From assembly GCA_965203485.1 (NCBI GenBank), contig OZ241892.1:288001-352000 (forward strand): 64,000 nt of DNA, written 5' to 3'. Source of the stretch: Longimicrobiales bacterium. GTDB taxonomy: Bacteria > Gemmatimonadota > Gemmatimonadetes > Longimicrobiales > Gaopeijiaceae. The notes under the pieces were generated by a model, which saw only the letters and a list, made by a program, of their open reading frames with translations, ran no database searches and had not been told where the DNA came from. The translations under genes were made by a program, and so were the position numbers. Positions 60,160 to 64,000 of this stretch are shown here, one piece after another. Every line of letters begins with the position of its first letter. Within the stretch, counting starts at the first letter, position 1.

Positions 60160-62451
60160 GCGGGCTACTTGCTGGCCGAGAACGCTGCCGGCCCGCTCGC
60201 CGTCGGCGCCGTCGCCGCCGCCGACGAGGACGAGGGCGACGTGCTGTCGTACAGCCTCGTCTCGGGCGGCGGCGGCCTGTTCGAGCTGGACGCTGCGAGC
60301 GGCGCCGTGCGCTACGTCGGCACCGGCGAGGACTACGAGACGGGTCCGCGCGAGCACGCGCTCGTCGTCGCCGCGACGGACAGGGGCGGCCTGGCGGCGA
60401 CGGCGAACGCGACCGTCGTCGTGACCGACGTCAACGAGGCGCCCGAAGCGACCGCGCAGATCGCGGTGGCGGCGCTCGACGCGCACGGCGCGGCCGTGCA
60501 GGAGACGCTGGACGCGTACTTCCGGGACCCGGACGGCGACGCGCTCGCGTACGCCGCCGAGTCGTCGGACACGGCGGTGGCGGCGGCGAGCGTTGCGGGC
60601 GGCGTGCTGACCATCCGGCCGTTCGCGATCGGCACGGCGAGCGTGACGGTGACGGCGACCGATCCCGGCGGGCTGGCCGCCGAGCAGACCGTCGCCGTCG
60701 TCGTCGAGGCGTCGCGCTCCGAGCGAGCGCGCGTGCTCGAGGGCGCGCTGGCCGCGTTCGGGCGCTCGCTCGGCGCCGAGGCCGTCGACGTGATCGGCGG
60801 CCGGCTCGGGCTCGAGTCGGCCGGCGGACTCGGACGCTCGCACCTCCAGCTCGGCGGGCGCTCGATCGCCTGCGGCGACGGAGCGGGTGCAGGCGACGGG
60901 TGCGGCTGGCGGGCGCTGGCGCGCACGGCGTCCGGCCTGCTCGGCGTCCAAGTCGCGTTGCCGAGCGCCGGCGGCCTGGGTGGCGCGCCGTCCGCCGACG
61001 CGCTCAATCCGGCCGCGTTGCTGTTCGGCGGCCCGGGCGCGGGAGCAGGCGGATTCGGCGGCCCGGTCGGCGGCGCCGCTACCGGACTCGGCGTTGCCGG
61101 CGACTACCGGGGCCAGCAGGAGCCGGCGGCGGCCGCGCCGGGCGGCGTGACGTTCAATCCGCTGTCGGGCGGCGACCTGCTCGAGCGCAGCTCGTTCCAG
61201 CTCTCGCTCGGCGGCGGCGCGGCCAGCGACTCGGGCGCGTTCGGCGCGCAGGACGCCGCCGGCCTGCGTCCCGGCTGGACCGTCTGGGGCCGCGCGGGCA
61301 TGGGCGGCTACGAGGGCCGCCCGGCCGACGGCCTGCGCTTCGACGGCGGGCGCGCGCGCTCGGCGCACCTCGGCGCCGACTACCGCTTCGCGTCCGGCCT
61401 GCTCGTCGGCGTCGCCGGCGCGCGCAGCAGCTTCGAGACCGAGTTCGAGAGCGCCGTCAACGGCGCGGGCTCCGTCGCCGCGAGCTTGACCAGCGTGCAT
61501 CCCTACGTGCACTGGTCGCCCACCGGCGGGCTCGGCCTCTGGGCCCTCGCAGGCGCAGGAACCGGCGACGCGACGCTCGAGGAGACGGCCGGCGGCCGGT
61601 TCGGCGCCGACATCGCGATGCTGATGGGCGCGCTCGGCGCGCGCCGCGAGCTGGCGGGCGGCATCGCGCTCAAGGCCGACGCGTTCTCCGTGCGCGTCCG
61701 CTCCGACGACGCGGCCGACCTGGCCGGCGTGACCGCGCGCGCGCACCGCAGTCCGGCTCGCGCCCGAAGTCGCGAAGACCTGGGCGCTCGGCGGCGAAGC
61801 GTCGCTGCGCACGCTGCTCGCGCTCGGCGCGCGCCTCGACGCCGGCGACGCCGAGACTGGGCTGGGCGCCGAGGCGGGCGGCGAGGCGTCGTTCGACCAC
61901 GCGCCCACCGGCCTGTCCGTCGCGATGCGCGGGCGCGCGCTGCTCGCGCACCAGGCCAGGGGCTGCGCGAATGGGGCGCCGGCGTCTCGCTCCGGCTCCA
62001 GCCCGGCGGCGGCGCCGAGACCGGCCTGTCGCTCTCCGTCGAGCCGGCATGGGGCGCCGCCACCGACGCCACCGGCGAACTCTGGCGCCAAGGCCCCGGC
62101 ACGCTCGAACCCGCTGTGCAGACAGCGCAAACGGCGCCGACGACTGCGCCGTCCGGCTGGGCGCCCGGGCGCATGGCCATGGAACTCGGCTGGGGCGTCG
62201 CGCTCGACAACGGCGCCACGATCACGCCCTTCGGACGCTGGAGCCAAGACGCCGGCGCCGGCCAGCGCTTCAACGCCGGCGCGCGCTTCTCGCTGCTCGG
62301 CCAGTCCGCCCAGTCCGGCACGGGCGCGCACTCGCCCGCCGCCGAGAGCCCGCGCTTCATCCTCCACCTCTACGGCGAGCACGCCTCTTCGCCGCTCGAA
62401 CCTCCGCAACGCCGCCTCGGCCTAGCAGGCGCCATCCAGCTCAAGCAGTAG
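60160..62451 (+). pseudogene. 5'-truncated cadherin-domain autotransporter with two compensating frameshifts
   Basis: AENAAG..DEDEGD..DYE..VTDVNEAP cadherin; beta-barrel LGADYRF, VHPYVHW; no signal peptide. Confidence 0.7.
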
Positions 62452-62921
62452 CGCCCGAGGACGACCGCTTTCCTTGGACGCTCCGGGGGGCCGGCGCGCA
62501 ACAACCGCTACGCCGGCCCCCTTCGGCGCGTTTCCCTTTACATGCCGACAAGTCCTCCTGTGTGACCGTTTAAGGTGACGGCCAACGCTTCAGCCCGTAC
62601 TTTGGCCGCAGTCCGCTGTCCCCAAGCCCCAATCCCACGGAGAACAGCCTCGTGCGCACGCGCAACGACGCTCATCGGCGCCTGCCAACCTCGCGTCCTC
62701 GCCCAACGGCCTTCCCCGTCCCTCCCCGTCGGCAATTCATACGCCGAAGAACGACCGTGGACACGTCGCCAAGCACGGTCGTTGCGCCGCCGCCTGGCAA
62801 GTCGGGGCTCCTTGACACCTGCGGCGGCCGATCCCTCGCCCAGTTGCGTTCGCTCTTGCGTCCGCTCCTCCCGATCTTCGCCGACGGGTCGGCGGCGGCG
62901 TCCTGGGCGTGAGCTTGGGAC

Positions 62922-63321
62922 GCCGCGGCGCGGAAAGGGAGCCGGGAGCCGCGGAGCCAGAGAAGCGTCCAGCCCCCGGGTCGCCGCGAGTCCTCGTCGG
63001 CTTTGCGTGCCTGAGCCCGGTCTCGGAGCGGCCCGGCGTACGCAGGGGTGGCGGAAGTCATGGTCTATGTGACGGCTCTGTGCCGTAGACGGGGGATCGG
63101 TGGTCGCCTCCTTCGCGGCTCTGGTTCGCGAAACGGACGGCGCGGGCACATGGACGTTGCAGGCCCATGTTTTCCCGAGAACGAGGCGTCCGTCCGGGGT
63201 GCACCAGCGCGCGGCTCTCCGCGTGGCGGCGTTCGCGAGCGCATTGGCCGCGCTTCCGGCGGCCGCTGGCGGGACAAGGGTCCTTTTGGAGCGTCGCAGC
63301 GATACGGTCGGATTGGAGTGA
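62922..63321 (+). pseudogene. Degenerate second copy of the GNAT 3' half
   Basis: Aligns to ~59657-60054 with several substitutions and indels. Confidence 0.85.
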
Positions 63322-63530
63322 GGAAGCGGGCGAGCCTTGATCGATGCCTCCTCGTCCCGTGCTTGCTCGGCCTTTGAAGCGAGCACGAGGAGGAAACGCT
63401 GGTAGCGATCCATGAGATGGTCGAAGCTACTGGCCTCCTCGCCACTCGCCCTCCTTTACGCACGCTTCCGATGGATCAAGGACGGGTTGACTCCGCTGTC
63501 GCAAACGACCATTGTGACGACAGTGTTGGC

Positions 63531-63836
63531 GTGAGCTGGCTGCTCTGCTTCGAATGGAACCCAGCCAAGGCCGCCGCCAACCGCCGCAAGCACGGCATTG
63601 CGTTCGATCTGGCAGCTACCGTGTTCCAGGACCCCGGCGCCATGTCGATTCCCGACGACGACCACAGCGAACACGAGGAAAGGTGGGCGACCATGGGCCG
63701 GGCGCGAGACGGACAGGTGCTGATTGTGATCCACACCGAACGCGACTCCGGTCCTGACGAGACCACCTTGCGACTCATCTCCGCCCGCCGCTCCACGCGC
63801 TCCGAACGTCGGCAGTACGAGGGAGTCTCGACATGA
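63531..63836 (+). CDS. brnT: BrnT family toxin
   Basis: FEWNPAKAAANRRKHGIAF, EERW..G, RLISARR; start uncertain. Confidence 0.9.
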   Translation: MSWLLCFEWNPAKAAANRRKHGIAFDLAATVFQDPGAMSIPDDDHSEHEERWATMGRARDGQVLIVIHTERDSGPDETTLRLISARRSTRSERRQYEGVST

Positions 63837-64000
63837 AGTCGGAATACGACTTCTCCCGGGCGAGCATCGGGAAGTTCTACCGGGAGAGGGCCAGCGTTCG
63901 CCTGCCGGACGGGGGTCCCGACCAACGCCCGGATGACCGCCGGACCCCGCAGTTCGACAAGCTGATCGCCCTCCTGAAGGAACTATTCCAGCTAGACCGA
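63833..64000 (+). CDS. BrnA-like N-terminus continuing into a type III Mod-like N-terminus (partial)
   Basis: MKSEYDFSRA..GKFY then QFDKLIALLKELFQLD; runs off right edge. Confidence 0.55.
   Translation, partial: MKSEYDFSRASIGKFYRERASVRLPDGGPDQRPDDRRTPQFDKLIALLKELFQLDR

Noticed and set aside
62452..62920. Possible gene or IS fragment after the autotransporter
   Set aside because: No recognisable motif or terminal repeats, and the region appears indel-rich

Overview
High-GC bacterial window. The gene content (expanded 6-bladed beta-propeller lipoproteins, Ig-repeat/leishmanolysin-like metalloproteases, cadherin autotransporter, AAA-ATPase paralogues) suggests a Gemmatimonadota-like host-associated organism, but that is inference only. 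The window is rich in defence genes: the start of a BREX type 3 operon (brxF, DUF6079/brxC); a DUF1156-type methylase plus nuclease coupled behind queD; and a ~16.6 kb co-oriented minus-strand block (pafB/pafC-like WYL pair, AlbA_2 protein, AAA ATPase, truncated GHKL ATPase, large N6-adenine methylase, IrrE/PIN pair, PLD-SNF2 helicase, Fic). It also has a C5-methylase whose NotI-like nuclease partner is split by an IS3 element, and a BrnT toxin. Other content: cusCBA efflux, a probable 6S RNA and several peptidases. Three observations stand out. (1) Two divergent promoters with the exact spacing of the actinobacterial PafBC/RecA-NDp motif flank the pafBC-like genes. (2) A G22 tract frameshifts the methylase just upstream of two tandem, diverged WRARP segments lying in different frames, a possible phase/specificity switch. 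(3) A GNAT-brnT unit is duplicated around a frameshifted autotransporter. Homopolymer lengths and indels near the right end may be sequencing errors.
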